64,000 bases of DNA from an uncultured delta proteobacterium (GCA_963745025.1 CAVUWD010000002.1:32001-96000), one strand, 5' to 3'; counted from the stretch's first letter, positions 1-10,830 are shown. A program made the numbers and translations. The notes: generated by a model from the sequence alone, not told the origin.

Positions 1-120
1 CGCGCTGCGACGGTAGGGCGTCAGTCTCGATAGAATGCTCGGCGATACGAAAAGCGCGCTTGGTGTTCGTCGATCCGTACTCGGATCGACGAAGAACCAA
101 GCGCAACAGCGCTAAACGCA

Positions 121-370
121 ATCTCGGTAGCTCAATCGATCGGAGACGGGATCGCGACCAGCGGGAGCGATCCGACACGGACGCTGATCTCGGTAGCTCA
201 GCCCAAAAACCTCAATTACCTACCCCGGTCTGCATGAAATCCAACTGTGGCGCAGTTCGATTCTTCAGCGATAACTCTTTGAACCTGCGGGGGTTTCCCG
301 CACCATTTTCTATGGAATTGAGGGTTTTGGGCTCAGTCGATCGGAGATGAGTCGCGACCGGCAGGAGCGA
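121..370 (+). repeat. Two imperfect ~50-bp direct repeats, the second split by the MITE
   Basis: ATCTCGGTAGCTCA-ATCGATCGGAGA...CGCGACCAGCGGGAGCGA (121-170) versus 187-200 joined to 336-370. Confidence 0.7.
201..332. mobile_element. MITE-like element, 17-bp terminal inverted repeats, 3-bp TCA target duplication
   Basis: Left GCCCAAAAACCTCAATT (201-217) and right AATTGAGGGTTTTGGGC (316-332) are 16/17 complementary; TCA flanks both sides (198-200, 333-335); removing it restores a copy of the repeat at 121-170. Confidence 0.75.
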
Positions 371-514
371 CTGTGAAAGACGTAGACCGATTCGGTGGGT
401 TATCGTTTTCCGCGCTGCGCGCGGTTGCGGTCGGTTGTGACCGACTCGAGTACGGGCCGATCACAACCGACCGCGCTCTCGATCTTCCCGAAGGATTCGG
501 AGGTGAGGTGATCG

Positions 515-1423
515 GTGACGCACGCTCCTGACGTCGTGCCGTCCCGGTCGCAGCGCGCACGGAAGGTCCTCGCGACCGCTGCCGTACTGGCGGCCGTCGG
601 CGCCGCCCTCGTCGTGCCGCTCTGGCGGGCGAGCCCGCGGCTCCACGGCGCGGCGGAGGCCGAGATCGCGCCCCACGCCTACGCGGCGAGCGAGCCGATC
701 GCCTGCGCGGGCGCTTCTCGAGCCGGGCCCGCGGGCGCCTCCCGACACGAGGCGACTCCCCGCGGGCTTCGCTACATGGTGAAGACTCCCGCCAACTATG
801 ACCCGACGCGGGCGCATCCGCTGCTCGTCGTTTACGCGTCCCACGGAGCGAATCGGTTTCTATCCGAGCGTTACGTGGGTCTCACGCGCGCGGCCACGGC
901 CGAGGGATTCATCGTCGTTTACGCGGACAGCCGTACGCTCGATCGGGCGACGATCGAAGATCTCGGCGGCATTCCCGAGAGCGTGGCGGCGCGGTGGTGC
1001 GTCGATCGCGGCCGAATCTATTTCACCGGGCACTCCGACGGCGGTACGGCGGCGACCGCGATCACGGTCCTCGGCACGTCGCCGGCCGCTCCGGCAGCGA
1101 TCGCGCCGAGCGCCGCCGGATTCCGCCGCGAGGACCTGACGGCGCTCGCCTGCCCACCGCCGGTCTCCGTCATGGTGCTGCACAGCCGTGACGACGAGCT
1201 CTTTCCCTCGTTCGGCCGCGCGGCGGCCGAATGGTGGGCCGCCTGCAACGGTTGCGGGGCGAAGCCGGTGCCGCGCGCCGACGGCTGCCTCGTCTTCCCG
1301 GACTGTCAGCCACAGGGCGCAACGCTCTACTGCGAGGGCGAGGGTAGACACGTGGATTGGCCGGACCGCAACCGGGCGCTGCTCGAGTTCTTTGGGTCGG
1401 CGAGAATCGTCGGTCGGCAATGA
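515..1423 (+). CDS. Alpha/beta-hydrolase, PHB depolymerase/LpqC-like esterase with N-terminal anchor
   Basis: GHSDGG nucleophile elbow, PANYDP..PLLVVY, H-S-x-x-D and WAACNGC motifs. Confidence 0.75.
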   Translation: MTHAPDVVPSRSQRARKVLATAAVLAAVGAALVVPLWRASPRLHGAAEAEIAPHAYAASEPIACAGASRAGPAGASRHEATPRGLRYMVKTPANYDPTRAHPLLVVYASHGANRFLSERYVGLTRAATAEGFIVVYADSRTLDRATIEDLGGIPESVAARWCVDRGRIYFTGHSDGGTAATAITVLGTSPAAPAAIAPSAAGFRREDLTALACPPPVSVMVLHSRDDELFPSFGRAAAEWWAACNGCGAKPVPRADGCLVFPDCQPQGATLYCEGEGRHVDWPDRNRALLEFFGSARIVGRQ

Positions 1424-1645
1424 GCTGACGCATCTGCGGAGCAAACTTGCAGACGGGGGTGTCTTCGAGTAGTTGCGTCATGAAGAGGAGTTGCGCGGCG
1501 GGGTGGATGGCGCTCCCGCCGCATATCGCCGATAGTCACCGTGCGATGGAGTGAAACTTGCTTGAGTTCTGGCTCGAGCGCTGACTGAATTCAAGCGTCC
1601 GGCGCTGCGGCCCGATTTTTCCGACGTCTTCTCCGGGAGAGCTAG

Positions 1646-1672
1646 TTAGTAGCGGCCTTCGAGCGGTGGCTG
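1646..1672 (+). promoter_or_regulatory. Possible degenerate ops/JUMPStart-like element
   Basis: TTAGTAGC...GAGCGGTGGCTG loosely resembles TTGGTAGC...GGGCGGTAGCGTG; lies just upstream of the RfaH-like gene. Confidence 0.25.
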
Positions 1673-1693
1673 GTCGGGCAGGGGAGGAGGCAA

Positions 1694-2278
1694 ATGTACA
1701 ATTCTTGGGCAACCGGCAGGATAACCTCCCCGACGGATGGGCGGACGCTCATCCGTTCTTCGAATGAGATCAGTGAAAGCGCGGTCGCCTGGTATATCGT
1801 GCAGACCAAGCCGCACAAGGAGGGATCGGTCGAGAGCTTTCTCAGGGGCAAGGCGCGAGATGTATTTCTGCCGCGGATCGTCGAGCGAGTGAGAGCGGGT
1901 CGGACGATGCAACGTCGCGTCTCGCCGATGTTCCCGTCTTATCTATTCGCGCGTCTATCGCTCGATTCTCTCGGCAAGACCGTACGTTACACGCAAGGTG
2001 TGCGGGATTTCGTGCGCTTCGGCGGTCGTGCCCAGCCGGTCGCACCCGAAATCATCGACGCTCTCCGCATGCGAACTGAACCGCTAGGGTTCTACGAGCC
2101 TCCGCCGATCCGCTTCCGGGCGGGGGAGCGGCTCGAGATCAACGAGGGGCCGCTCCGCGGTCTAGCGGTGGTCTTCGAGCGCGAGATGAAAGGGCCCGAG
2201 CGGGTCGCCGTGCTGCTGGCCGAAATGTGTCTCGCCGCACGCGTGATTCTGGGATCCGAAGCTCTCTCGAGGGCGTAA
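1694..2278 (+). CDS. NusG/RfaH-family transcription antiterminator heading the polysaccharide operon
   Basis: WYIVQTKP, PMFPSYLF, YTQGVRDFVRFG, KOW-like GERLEINEGPLRG; GGAGGAGG RBS. Confidence 0.9.
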   Translation: MYNSWATGRITSPTDGRTLIRSSNEISESAVAWYIVQTKPHKEGSVESFLRGKARDVFLPRIVERVRAGRTMQRRVSPMFPSYLFARLSLDSLGKTVRYTQGVRDFVRFGGRAQPVAPEIIDALRMRTEPLGFYEPPPIRFRAGERLEINEGPLRGLAVVFEREMKGPERVAVLLAEMCLAARVILGSEALSRA

Positions 2279-2334
2279 CGATTCGATCGGCAGTCGTTCG
2301 ACGTGCCGACCTGGCTCTCTCGTAGCGATCGACG

Positions 2335-3319
2335 GTGCACTATCTGATCACAGGCGGGGCGGGGTTCATCGGCTCGCACCTCGCCGAGCGTCTGATCTCG
2401 CTCGGTGACAGTGTCACCATCATCGACGACCTCTCGACCGGGTCGATCGATAACATCACGCATCTTCGAGCCTCACCCGAAATTTCACTACGTGATCGAC
2501 GTCGATCGAGGAAAAGAGCCTACTCGGCCGAGCTCGTGGACGAGGCGGACGTCGTCTACCACCTCGCCGCCGCGGTCGGCGTTCGGCTGATCGTCGAGAG
2601 CCCGGTCGCGCACCATCGAGACGAACGTCCACGGCACGGAGGTCGTGCTCGAGCTGCGCCGACGAAGAAGAAGAAGCGCGTGCTGATCGCCTCGCACGTC
2701 CGAGGTGTACGGCAAGCGCGAAGCGAGTGCCCTTCCGCGAGGACGACGACCTCGTCCTCGGCCGCACCGACGAAGGGCCGCTGGAGCTACGCGTGCTCGA
2801 AGGCGATCGACGAGTTCCTCGCGCTCGCGTACTGGCACGAGAAGAAGCTGCCGATCGGTGGTCGTGCGCCTCTTCAACACCGTCGGCCCGCGCCAGACCG
2901 GCCGCTACGGCATGGTGATCCCGAACTTCGTCCCGCAGGCGCTCGCCGGCCGCGACCGATCACCGTCTACGGCGACGGCACGCAGATCGCGCTGCTTCAC
3001 GCCACGTCCCCGACGTGGTCGGCGCGTCATCGTCGCTCGTCATCGCCGCCGGAGCGCCCGTCGGCGAGGTCTTCAACGTCGGCAGCGACCACGAGATCAC
3101 GATCAATGCGCTCGCTGCGATGGTGCGGGAAATGACGGAGAGCACGTCCGAGATCGTCCACATTCCCTACGATCAGGCGTACGCCGACGGTTTCGAGGAC
3201 ATGCGCCGGCGGATCCCGACCTGACGAAGCTCCGGCGCTTCACCGGGCACGCGCCGAGCAACGGCATCCGCGAAATCCTCCGGGACGTGATCGAATCCAT
3301 GCGCGCGAGCGTGCCATGA
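2335..3319 (+). CDS. NAD-dependent nucleotide-sugar epimerase/dehydratase (several frameshifts)
   Basis: ITGGAGFIGSHL, YHLAAAVG, YACSKAIDE (YxxxK), RLFNTVGPRQ spread over three frames. Confidence 0.85.
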
Positions 3320-5175
3320 GCCCCTGGCTTCCTTGGTTGGCGTCCTTCGCCGCCGGAGTGATTCTGGTACCGGCGGTTCGCGGGATCGCGCGCAAGCGAG
3401 ACTGGATCGCGCCGCCCAAGCCGGACCGCTGGCACCGTGCGCCGACGGCGTTGATGGGCGGCGTCGCGATCTGGATGGCCGTGCTCGCCGGCGTCGCGCC
3501 GGCGGCGATCCATGACATGGGCCGCTGGGAAGCCTGGATCGCGCTCCTCGCGGGAGGATCGTTCCTCTGCGCGATCGGCGCCATCGACGATCGGCTGAAC
3601 CTGAAGCCCGCGAGCAAGGTTGTCGCGCAGCTCGTCGCGGCCGCCGTCGCAGTCGGAGCGGGATACCAGATCCGCTTCTTCCATAGCCAGCTCCTGAACC
3701 TCGCCGTCTCGTTCTTCTGGATCGTGGCCATCACCAATGCCGTGAACCTGCTCGACAACATGGACGGTCTCGCGGCGGGCATCGTGATGATCGCCGGCCG
3801 GGTACATCGGCTGGATGCGCGCCGGGAGCAGCGATTCGGTGCTCGCCATGGCGCTCGCCGGCAGCCTCGGCGCGTTCCTGATCTTCAACTTCAACCCGGC
3901 GTCGATCTTCATGGGCGACTCGGGAGCATGTTCATCGGCTACACGCTGGCCGGCCTCTCGCTCGCTCGCGACGATGCCTCCAACATCGTCTCCTTCGTCG
4001 CCGTGCCGGCGGCGACGCTTCTCGTGCCGATCCTCGACACCAGCCTCGTCACCGTCACGCGCCTCGTGCGCGGCCGCTCGATCGCCGAGGGCGGGCGGGA
4101 CCATGCCTCGCACCGTCTCGTCATGCTGGGCCTCAGCGAGCGCGAGGCCGTCGGCGTACTCTGGTTCCTGGCGCTCGTCGCCGGCGCCGCCGCGAATTTC
4201 ACCAAGGCCTACTCGTACCAGCTCGGCCTCGGCCTCCTGCCGGTGATCATCATCGGCTTCGGCCTCCTCGGCATCTATCTCTCCCGGCTGAGCTTCGTCG
4301 AGGAAGGAAATGCCGGGCTCGACAAGCAGGGATACGTCCGCCTGGCGCTCGACATCTCGTACAAGCGCCGCGTGCTCGAAGTGCTGCTCGACTTCGTGCT
4401 GATCGTCGTTTGCTACTATCTCGCCTACGGCCTGCGGTTCGAGTTCCAGATGCCTCGCGGGATGTTCGCGCTCTTCGAGAAATCGCTGCCCATAGTGGTG
4501 GCGATGACGATGCTCGCGTTCTTCTACCAGGGCGTGTACCGGGGTTCTGGACGTACGTGAGCACGGAGGATCTGACCAAGTACGTCAAAGCCTGCGCTCT
4601 CGCGGTCTTGCTCACAGTGCTCTCGATCGTGCTGATCCACCGATTCGACGGGTATCCGCGGTCGGTTTTCGCCATCTACGGGCTTCCTGATGTTCGTCGG
4701 CGTGGGCGGCACGCGCGTTTCGTTCCGCTTGATGGACGAGGCGCTGCAGCGCCGGCGTCCCGGCCATCCGGTGCTGATCGTCGGCGCGGGCAGCGGCGGC
4801 GAGATGGCGGCTCGCGAGCTGCTGCGCAACCCCGAGCTCGGACGCAAGGTCGCGGGCTTCGTCGACGACGACCGGCTGAAGCAGGGGCGGAGGATTCACG
4901 GGTACGCGGTGCTCGGGGGCACAGCCGATCTCGAGCGGGTGCGCGAGCTCGTGCCGTTCGAGGAGGTGGTGCTGACGACTCACAAGCTCTCGCCGGCCGC
5001 GCTCGAGCGGCTCAAGGAGTTCAGCCAGCGACGCCGGGTTCCGCTTCGCCGCTTCCGCGTCGAGCTCCTCCACGATTTCGCGCCGCTTGCTCCGCGAGTC
5101 GAGCCCGAGCGTGCGGCCGAGCGGCCGGTTGAGCCGCTCGGGGTGGCGCTCGCCCGTTTGCCGAGGGCGCGATAA
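3316..5175 (+). CDS. MraY/WecA-family polyprenyl-phosphate sugar-1-P transferase fused to a CapD-N/CoA-binding-like domain (frameshifted)
   Basis: GAIDD, ITNAVNLLDNMDGLAAG, FNFNPASIFMGDSG, DHASHRL; then YQGVYRG, LIVGAGSGG, GFVDDD. Confidence 0.85.
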
Positions 5176-5176
5176 C

Positions 5177-6256
5177 TTGCGGAACGGCACGGGCGTGGTC
5201 GTGGCTTCTCTCCTCCTATCGGGGATCGTTCCCGAGCTCGGATGCGGGACGGCCGTGTCGCGACCGCCCGCCGCGGACGATGCGGCACACCAAGCAGAGC
5301 TGGCGCGTTTGGTAGAGGAGCGCTCTCGACCGACCGACCGCGTGAACTACGTGATCGGCCCGGGCGACAAGATCGACGTGCGCGTGCAGAACCTCCAAGA
5401 GCTCACGGGAACGTGGGAGGTCTCCGAAGAGGGCACGGTGGTCTTTCCGCTGCTGGGATCGGTGAAGCTCGCGGGATCGACCGAGCGAGAAGCCGCCGAA
5501 CGCATACGCGGCCAGCTCGTCGACTTCATGGTGGCGCCCGAGATCGCGCTGTCGGTCAAGGAGTTCCACGGCCAGCAGGTCTCGGTCATCGGCGCGGTCG
5601 GGAAGCCCGGCGTCTATGCGCTTCATGGCTTCGACGAGACGATCGCCGACGTCATCACCGAGGCCGGCGGCGTCAGCCAGAACGCCGAAACGCGCATCTA
5701 CTTCACGCCCGCAACCGGGGCTCCCGAAGCCTTGGGTAGCGAGGCGGCGGCACGCCTGGCGATCAGCGGTCCGCCCGGGAGCTTCGGGCCGAAGACCAAG
5801 GCGGTGTCGATCGACTTCGCGCCGGTCTACCGTGGGCACGAGGTGCCGGAGCTCCGCATCCCGGTTCGCGGCGGAGACGTCATCCTCGTTCCGCAGAGCG
5901 GAGAAGTCTACGTCGACGGCTGGGTGAACGCGCCCGGGGCCTTTCCCGTCACACGCGCGCACACGCTCAGCGAGGCGATCGTCAACGCGGGCGATCTTCA
6001 CTTCGCGGCCTCGACCGGGCCGCTCACGCTCCAGCGCGCGGGCGCCGACGGCGAAGTGAAAACGTACCAGGTCGACTATGAGCGCATCTTGAGCGGGCAA
6101 GATCCGGACTTGCCGCTGGACACCGGCGACAAGATCAAGGTGGCGTCGAACCCGGTGAAGGTCGTTCCGTGGTCGGTGTTCGCCTTGATCAAGGGGCTCG
6201 TGACTTTCTCAGTCGGCGGATCTCAGACCAAGACGGTCGGGCCCGGGGCCGAGTGA
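5177..6256 (+). CDS. wza: Polysaccharide export (OPX) lipoprotein 1
   Basis: YVIGPGDKIDV, FPLLGSV, SLBB repeats (IGAVGKPG..EAGG), lipobox-like LGC. Confidence 0.9.
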   Translation: MRNGTGVVVASLLLSGIVPELGCGTAVSRPPAADDAAHQAELARLVEERSRPTDRVNYVIGPGDKIDVRVQNLQELTGTWEVSEEGTVVFPLLGSVKLAGSTEREAAERIRGQLVDFMVAPEIALSVKEFHGQQVSVIGAVGKPGVYALHGFDETIADVITEAGGVSQNAETRIYFTPATGAPEALGSEAAARLAISGPPGSFGPKTKAVSIDFAPVYRGHEVPELRIPVRGGDVILVPQSGEVYVDGWVNAPGAFPVTRAHTLSEAIVNAGDLHFAASTGPLTLQRAGADGEVKTYQVDYERILSGQDPDLPLDTGDKIKVASNPVKVVPWSVFALIKGLVTFSVGGSQTKTVGPGAE

Positions 6257-7293
6257 GGATCCACGAATATCTGGTGGCACTAGTCGGCCTCGTCTTGGCT
6301 GGCTGTGCCGCAGCGCAGCGGCCTCCGGTGGTGCGCGCCACGCCAGCCGAAACCGCGCGCGTCCAGCAGCTTCTCGCCGAGCGCACGACGAGCGCGCCCT
6401 CGAGCCGGACCATCGCCCCCGGCGACCGGCTCAACGTCAAGGTCGCGAACCTCGACGAGCTGAGCGGGGAGTTCTTGGTCGCCAAGGATGGGACGATATC
6501 GCTGCCGCTCGTCGGCGACCTCGCGGTCTCGGGGAAGCGCGACGTGGACGTCGCCGAGATGCTGCGCGACCGGCTCGCTGCGCAGTACCTGCAAGCACCG
6601 CAAGTTCTCGTGTCGCTCGTTGGCTATCAAGGCCAGCGAGTGGCGGTGATCGGGGCGGTGCGCACCCCCGGATTCTACGAGATCGATAAGCAGGGCGAGA
6701 CGATTCTCGATCTCATCACCAAGGCGGGAGGAATCGCCGGAGCTGCCGGTCCGAAGGTATATTTCTCCCCCGCGGAAGGAGCAAATTCCGCTTTCGAGCC
6801 CGCCGTGCTTTCGTCGGGGGACTCGGATCTAGGCACGGCTCTCAAGGGAAGAAACCCCCTCGAGATCGATCTCACCGACCTCTACCAGGGACGCGCGGTC
6901 GCCGCGCTCGGCATCCCGGTGCGCGACGGCGACCTCATCGCCGTGCAGCAGGGCGGCGAGATCTTCGTAGGGGGGTGGGTCGAGAAGCCGAATCTGTATT
7001 CGCTGCAACCGGCAATGACCGTGACGCAGGTGATCACCAAGGCCGGTGGCCTTCACGTGGCGGCTTCGTCTGACTCCGTGACGATCAGCCGCGGGGATGC
7101 CGACGGCCATCTGCGCGACTACCGCGTCGACTACCCGGCGATGGTTGCCGGTAGCGAGCAGGATGTCTTGCTCGAGCCGGGCGACAAGGTCTACGTCGGA
7201 GTGAGCCCGGTGAAGGTCGTGCCGTGGAGCGTTTACGCAGTCCTGGCCACCGTCATTCGCGTGGGCGTCGGGGCTAGTGTAGCGTTGTTCTGA
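6253..7293 (+). CDS. wza: Polysaccharide export (OPX) lipoprotein 2
   Basis: LAGC lipobox, IAPGDRLNV, ISLPLVG, YLQAPQV, SLBB repeats. Confidence 0.9.
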   Translation: MRIHEYLVALVGLVLAGCAAAQRPPVVRATPAETARVQQLLAERTTSAPSSRTIAPGDRLNVKVANLDELSGEFLVAKDGTISLPLVGDLAVSGKRDVDVAEMLRDRLAAQYLQAPQVLVSLVGYQGQRVAVIGAVRTPGFYEIDKQGETILDLITKAGGIAGAAGPKVYFSPAEGANSAFEPAVLSSGDSDLGTALKGRNPLEIDLTDLYQGRAVAALGIPVRDGDLIAVQQGGEIFVGGWVEKPNLYSLQPAMTVTQVITKAGGLHVAASSDSVTISRGDADGHLRDYRVDYPAMVAGSEQDVLLEPGDKVYVGVSPVKVVPWSVYAVLATVIRVGVGASVALF

Positions 7294-7298
7294 GGGGG

Positions 7299-9839
7299 AT
7301 GATGACCGACGAGCGTCAAGTGAGCGTGCAGCGCGTCGAGCCGGGGCTGCCGAGCCCGTGGCTGGTCGACCACGGTGGACCGGCACGGATCGCCAACCTC
7401 GACCTCCGACGCTTCTGGGTCACGCTGTACAAGCGGCGCTGGTTGATCGCCGCCGCGACGCTGGCCGTGGTGCTCGTCACCGGCTTGGTCGAGCGCTCCG
7501 CTCCCCTGATGTATTCGGCATCGGCGAAGATCCGCATCGACCCCGTGACGCCGACCCTCAGCAGCTTGAGCGACATCGCGTCGCTGATGGTCGACAGCTC
7601 CTACTATCAGACCGAATACGTGATCCTGCAGGGCGCCGCGCTCGCCGAGCGCGTCATCGACTCGCTCAGGCTGTATGACGACCCACGGTTCACGAATCCT
7701 CCGGCGGAAGTCGGTGTCGTGGCCGACGCGCACGACTCCGCCGTGCGCGCTTGGCGGGCATTGAAGAGGCGCTTGTCGTCGTTGGGCTTGCCGGTCGCTG
7801 CTCAACCGGCCCCTCAACGGCCGGCGACGATCGCCTCCGGCAACCGTGCCGAAACATGGGTCGGGACCTACCTCTCCGGCCTGACGATCAGCCCGATCGA
7901 GAACTCGCGGCTCGTGACCATCACGTATTCGAGCACGTCGCCGGAGCTCTCCGCGGCGATCGCCGACGAGCATGCCAAGCAGTTCATCCGCACCAGCCTC
8001 GAGGCGCGCGACGACCTGAACTCCGAGGCGCAAAAGATCCTCGAGAAGCGGCTCGAAGAGATACGCAAGCACTCCGAAGAGTCGGAAGCAAAACTGAACG
8101 AATTCCGGCGTCAGCATCGCGTGCTCGCCGTCGGTGGAAGCGAGAAGGAGAACGTCGCGCTCGAGCAGCTGTCGGCGCTGAGCGCCGACTACGCGAAGGC
8201 GCAATCGGAACGCATCGCGGCGGAATCGGACTACACGCTGGTCAAGAAGCGCCGCTACGACCAGCTCGCCAGCGTGCAGCGCGACCCGACCTACAACGCT
8301 CTGAAGGATCAGCTCGAGCAGCTTCGAGGCGACTACGATCGGCAGCTGCAGATCTACAAGCCGACCTATCCGAAGATGGTCGAGCTCTCGGGACAGATCT
8401 CGCGCCTCGAGGCGCGCGTCGGCGAGCAGATCCATAAGAGCGTGGCCGGAGTCGAATCCCAGTATCTCGCAGCCAAGGAGAGGGAGAACGCTCTCGCCGC
8501 GGAAATCGAGAAGCAGCGCAAGGCGGTTCTCGACGTCAACGATCTCGGCGTCGAGTACCAGGTCTTGTACCGCGAGGCCGAGGCCAACCGCGAGCTCTAC
8601 AAGAATATAGTGACGCGGGCGAGCGAGGCGGCGATCGCCGGCACGATCGAAACCAGCAACATCCGCGTCGTCGAGCACGCCGCGCTGCCGCGCTCGCCGT
8701 CGCTTCTCGGCGTCCGGCGGAACCTGTCGCGCGCATTGTTTCTTGGGCTGCTCTTCGGCATCGCGCTCGCTTTCGGCCTCGAGTACCTCGACAGCACGGT
8801 CAAGAATCCGGACGACGCCGAGGCGCTGCTCCGGCTGCCGACACTGGCCGTCGTGCCGAACTTCTCCTATCGCGATTCCTCGATGAACGCGGAAAACGGT
8901 TCCGCCTGGCGGCGTTGGCTCGCTCCGCCCAAGATGGCTCGTCGTCGCCGCAAGCACGTGATCGTCCTACGCCGCGACGAGCAATTGGACGCGCTGGCGC
9001 AGGACGTCGTCCGAGGCGAAGTGGAGCCCGGAGCGACGCCTCACGACATCATCGTAGTCGAGCGTCCCCACTCGGTCATGGCCGAGGCGTACCGCACGCT
9101 GCGCACCGCGGTGCTGCTGAGCAGCGCGGACAATCCGCCGCGCCTCATCCAGCTCACCTCGTCGAGCAGCCGCGAGGGCAAGACGGTGACGAGCATCAAC
9201 ACCGCCTTCACGCTCGCTCAGTCCGGCGCGCGCGTGCTGCTCCTCGACGCGGACCTTCGCCGGCCTCGCTGCCACCGCGCGGTCGGCGCGGTGCGCGCCC
9301 CCGGCCTGGTCGACTATCTCGTCGGGCATTCGCCGCTCGAGCAGTGCGTGCGCCAGCTGGCGCTCGACGGCAGCGGTTGGCATGCCGTGCCGGCCGTCGG
9401 TCTCGACAACGGCAACGGTCGCGCCAATGGCGACGGCAAGGTCAACCGGTTTCTCGTCGGCCGCGTCGATCTGCTTCCATCGGGAACGCCGGCGCCCAAT
9501 CCCGCCGAGCTTCTCGGGAGCGAGCGGATGAAGGAAACCCTCCAGCAGCTCCGGGAAGCCTACGACTACGTGGTCGTCGACTCGCCGCCGGTGCTGCCGG
9601 TCGCCGACAGCGTCATCCTCGGCACCATGGTCGACGCGCTCGTTCTCGTCATCAAGGGGCAGGCGACCTCCAAGGAGATGGTGCGGCAGGCGTATTCCAA
9701 GCTCGCGCGCTTGAACGTCCACGTCATCGGCAGCGTGCTGAACGACGTCGACGTGACGAGCGGCGATTACTACTACTACCGCGGGTACTACGCCTCGTAC
9801 GGGGGCTACCTCGAGGACCACCTGCAGCAGCGACCCTGA
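7299..9839 (+). CDS. wzc: Polysaccharide co-polymerase / BY tyrosine kinase
   Basis: Two TM segments, coiled-coil, EAYRTLRT, Walker A SREGKT, DADLRRP, VVVDSPP, C-terminal Tyr cluster YYYYRGYYASYGGY. Confidence 0.95.
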   Translation: MMTDERQVSVQRVEPGLPSPWLVDHGGPARIANLDLRRFWVTLYKRRWLIAAATLAVVLVTGLVERSAPLMYSASAKIRIDPVTPTLSSLSDIASLMVDSSYYQTEYVILQGAALAERVIDSLRLYDDPRFTNPPAEVGVVADAHDSAVRAWRALKRRLSSLGLPVAAQPAPQRPATIASGNRAETWVGTYLSGLTISPIENSRLVTITYSSTSPELSAAIADEHAKQFIRTSLEARDDLNSEAQKILEKRLEEIRKHSEESEAKLNEFRRQHRVLAVGGSEKENVALEQLSALSADYAKAQSERIAAESDYTLVKKRRYDQLASVQRDPTYNALKDQLEQLRGDYDRQLQIYKPTYPKMVELSGQISRLEARVGEQIHKSVAGVESQYLAAKERENALAAEIEKQRKAVLDVNDLGVEYQVLYREAEANRELYKNIVTRASEAAIAGTIETSNIRVVEHAALPRSPSLLGVRRNLSRALFLGLLFGIALAFGLEYLDSTVKNPDDAEALLRLPTLAVVPNFSYRDSSMNAENGSAWRRWLAPPKMARRRRKHVIVLRRDEQLDALAQDVVRGEVEPGATPHDIIVVERPHSVMAEAYRTLRTAVLLSSADNPPRLIQLTSSSSREGKTVTSINTAFTLAQSGARVLLLDADLRRPRCHRAVGAVRAPGLVDYLVGHSPLEQCVRQLALDGSGWHAVPAVGLDNGNGRANGDGKVNRFLVGRVDLLPSGTPAPNPAELLGSERMKETLQQLREAYDYVVVDSPPVLPVADSVILGTMVDALVLVIKGQATSKEMVRQAYSKLARLNVHVIGSVLNDVDVTSGDYYYYRGYYASYGGYLEDHLQQRP

Positions 9840-9879
9840 GCCGGATCCGGAAGCCGACGCGGAGCGGATCGCGCTCTCC

Positions 9880-10830
9880 GTGATCGTGGTGAGCTGGAAC
9901 ACCAAGGCACTGCTGCGCAGGTGCCTGGTCTCGGTCGGCCGATTCCTCTCGAGCGTGCCGCATGAGGTGCTGGTCGTCGACAACGCCTCGCGCGACGGCT
10001 CGGCCGACATGGTCGCGGAGGAGTTTCCAGAGGCGCGACTCTTCCGCAACCCCGAGAACCTCGGCTTCGGCCGCGCCAACAATCAGGCGATGGCGGTGGC
10101 GCGGGGAGAGTTCTTCCTGCTGCTCAACAGCGATGCCGAGTTGCTCGACGACGGCGCCGCACGATTGCTCGAACGGGTGCGGGCACGCCCCGAGGTCGGC
10201 GTCGCCGGGCTCCGCATCCTGCGGCCGGACGGCCGGGTGCAGGCGAGCGCGCGCCGCTTTCCCACCTTGCGCCGCCTCTGCGTCGCCGGATTCTGGCTGA
10301 ACCGCGTTCTACCCCGTCCCGTCACCGAGGATCTCCTGCTCGGCCACTACTGGGACCACTGCGGGGAGCGCGAGGCGGACTGGGTGATCGGCGCTTGCAT
10401 GCTCGTGCGCGGCGAAGTCTTTCGCGAGACCGGCGGCTTCGATCCTTCGATATTCCTCTATGGCGAGGAGGTCGAATGGTGCTACCGCATCCGCGAGCGC
10501 GGCTGGAAAGTGCTGTTCTCCCCGGTCGGCAGCATCCTTCATCTCGACCACCAGAGCGCGAACCAGCTGCTCCAGGAAGCCGGCCGCGTCGACCTCTGCC
10601 TGATCGCGGAGGACGCGCTCATCGCGCGCTGGGAGGGTCCGTTGGCCGCCGCACTGGTGCCGCCGGCGCGCATCGGCGCGGCGCTGCTGCGCATCGGCGT
10701 CTTCGGGCTACGCGGCTTGCTCGGCCGTGACGATGCGTATGGGCGCGACGTGCGGAGCGAGGCGCGGGGGGTGCTGGGACACTACCGGCGCCGCTGGCTC
10801 GGTGGGGCCGGGGGAGCCGAGGCCTTGTGA
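9880..10830 (+). CDS. Glycosyltransferase family 2
   Basis: IVVSWN, VVDNASRDGS, NLGFGRANNQ, LLNSDA, FLYGEEVEWC. Confidence 0.9.
   Translation: MIVVSWNTKALLRRCLVSVGRFLSSVPHEVLVVDNASRDGSADMVAEEFPEARLFRNPENLGFGRANNQAMAVARGEFFLLLNSDAELLDDGAARLLERVRARPEVGVAGLRILRPDGRVQASARRFPTLRRLCVAGFWLNRVLPRPVTEDLLLGHYWDHCGEREADWVIGACMLVRGEVFRETGGFDPSIFLYGEEVEWCYRIRERGWKVLFSPVGSILHLDHQSANQLLQEAGRVDLCLIAEDALIARWEGPLAAALVPPARIGAALLRIGVFGLRGLLGRDDAYGRDVRSEARGVLGHYRRRWLGGAGGAEAL

Noticed and set aside
121-370. tRNA (GGTAGCTCA start) or CRISPR
   Set aside because: No T-loop GTTCRA at the proper distance and no acceptor stem; only two imperfect copies
7233-10082. Long antisense ORFs (574 aa, 371 aa) and similar ones elsewhere
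   Set aside because: Shadow frames of well-supported genes, with no motifs
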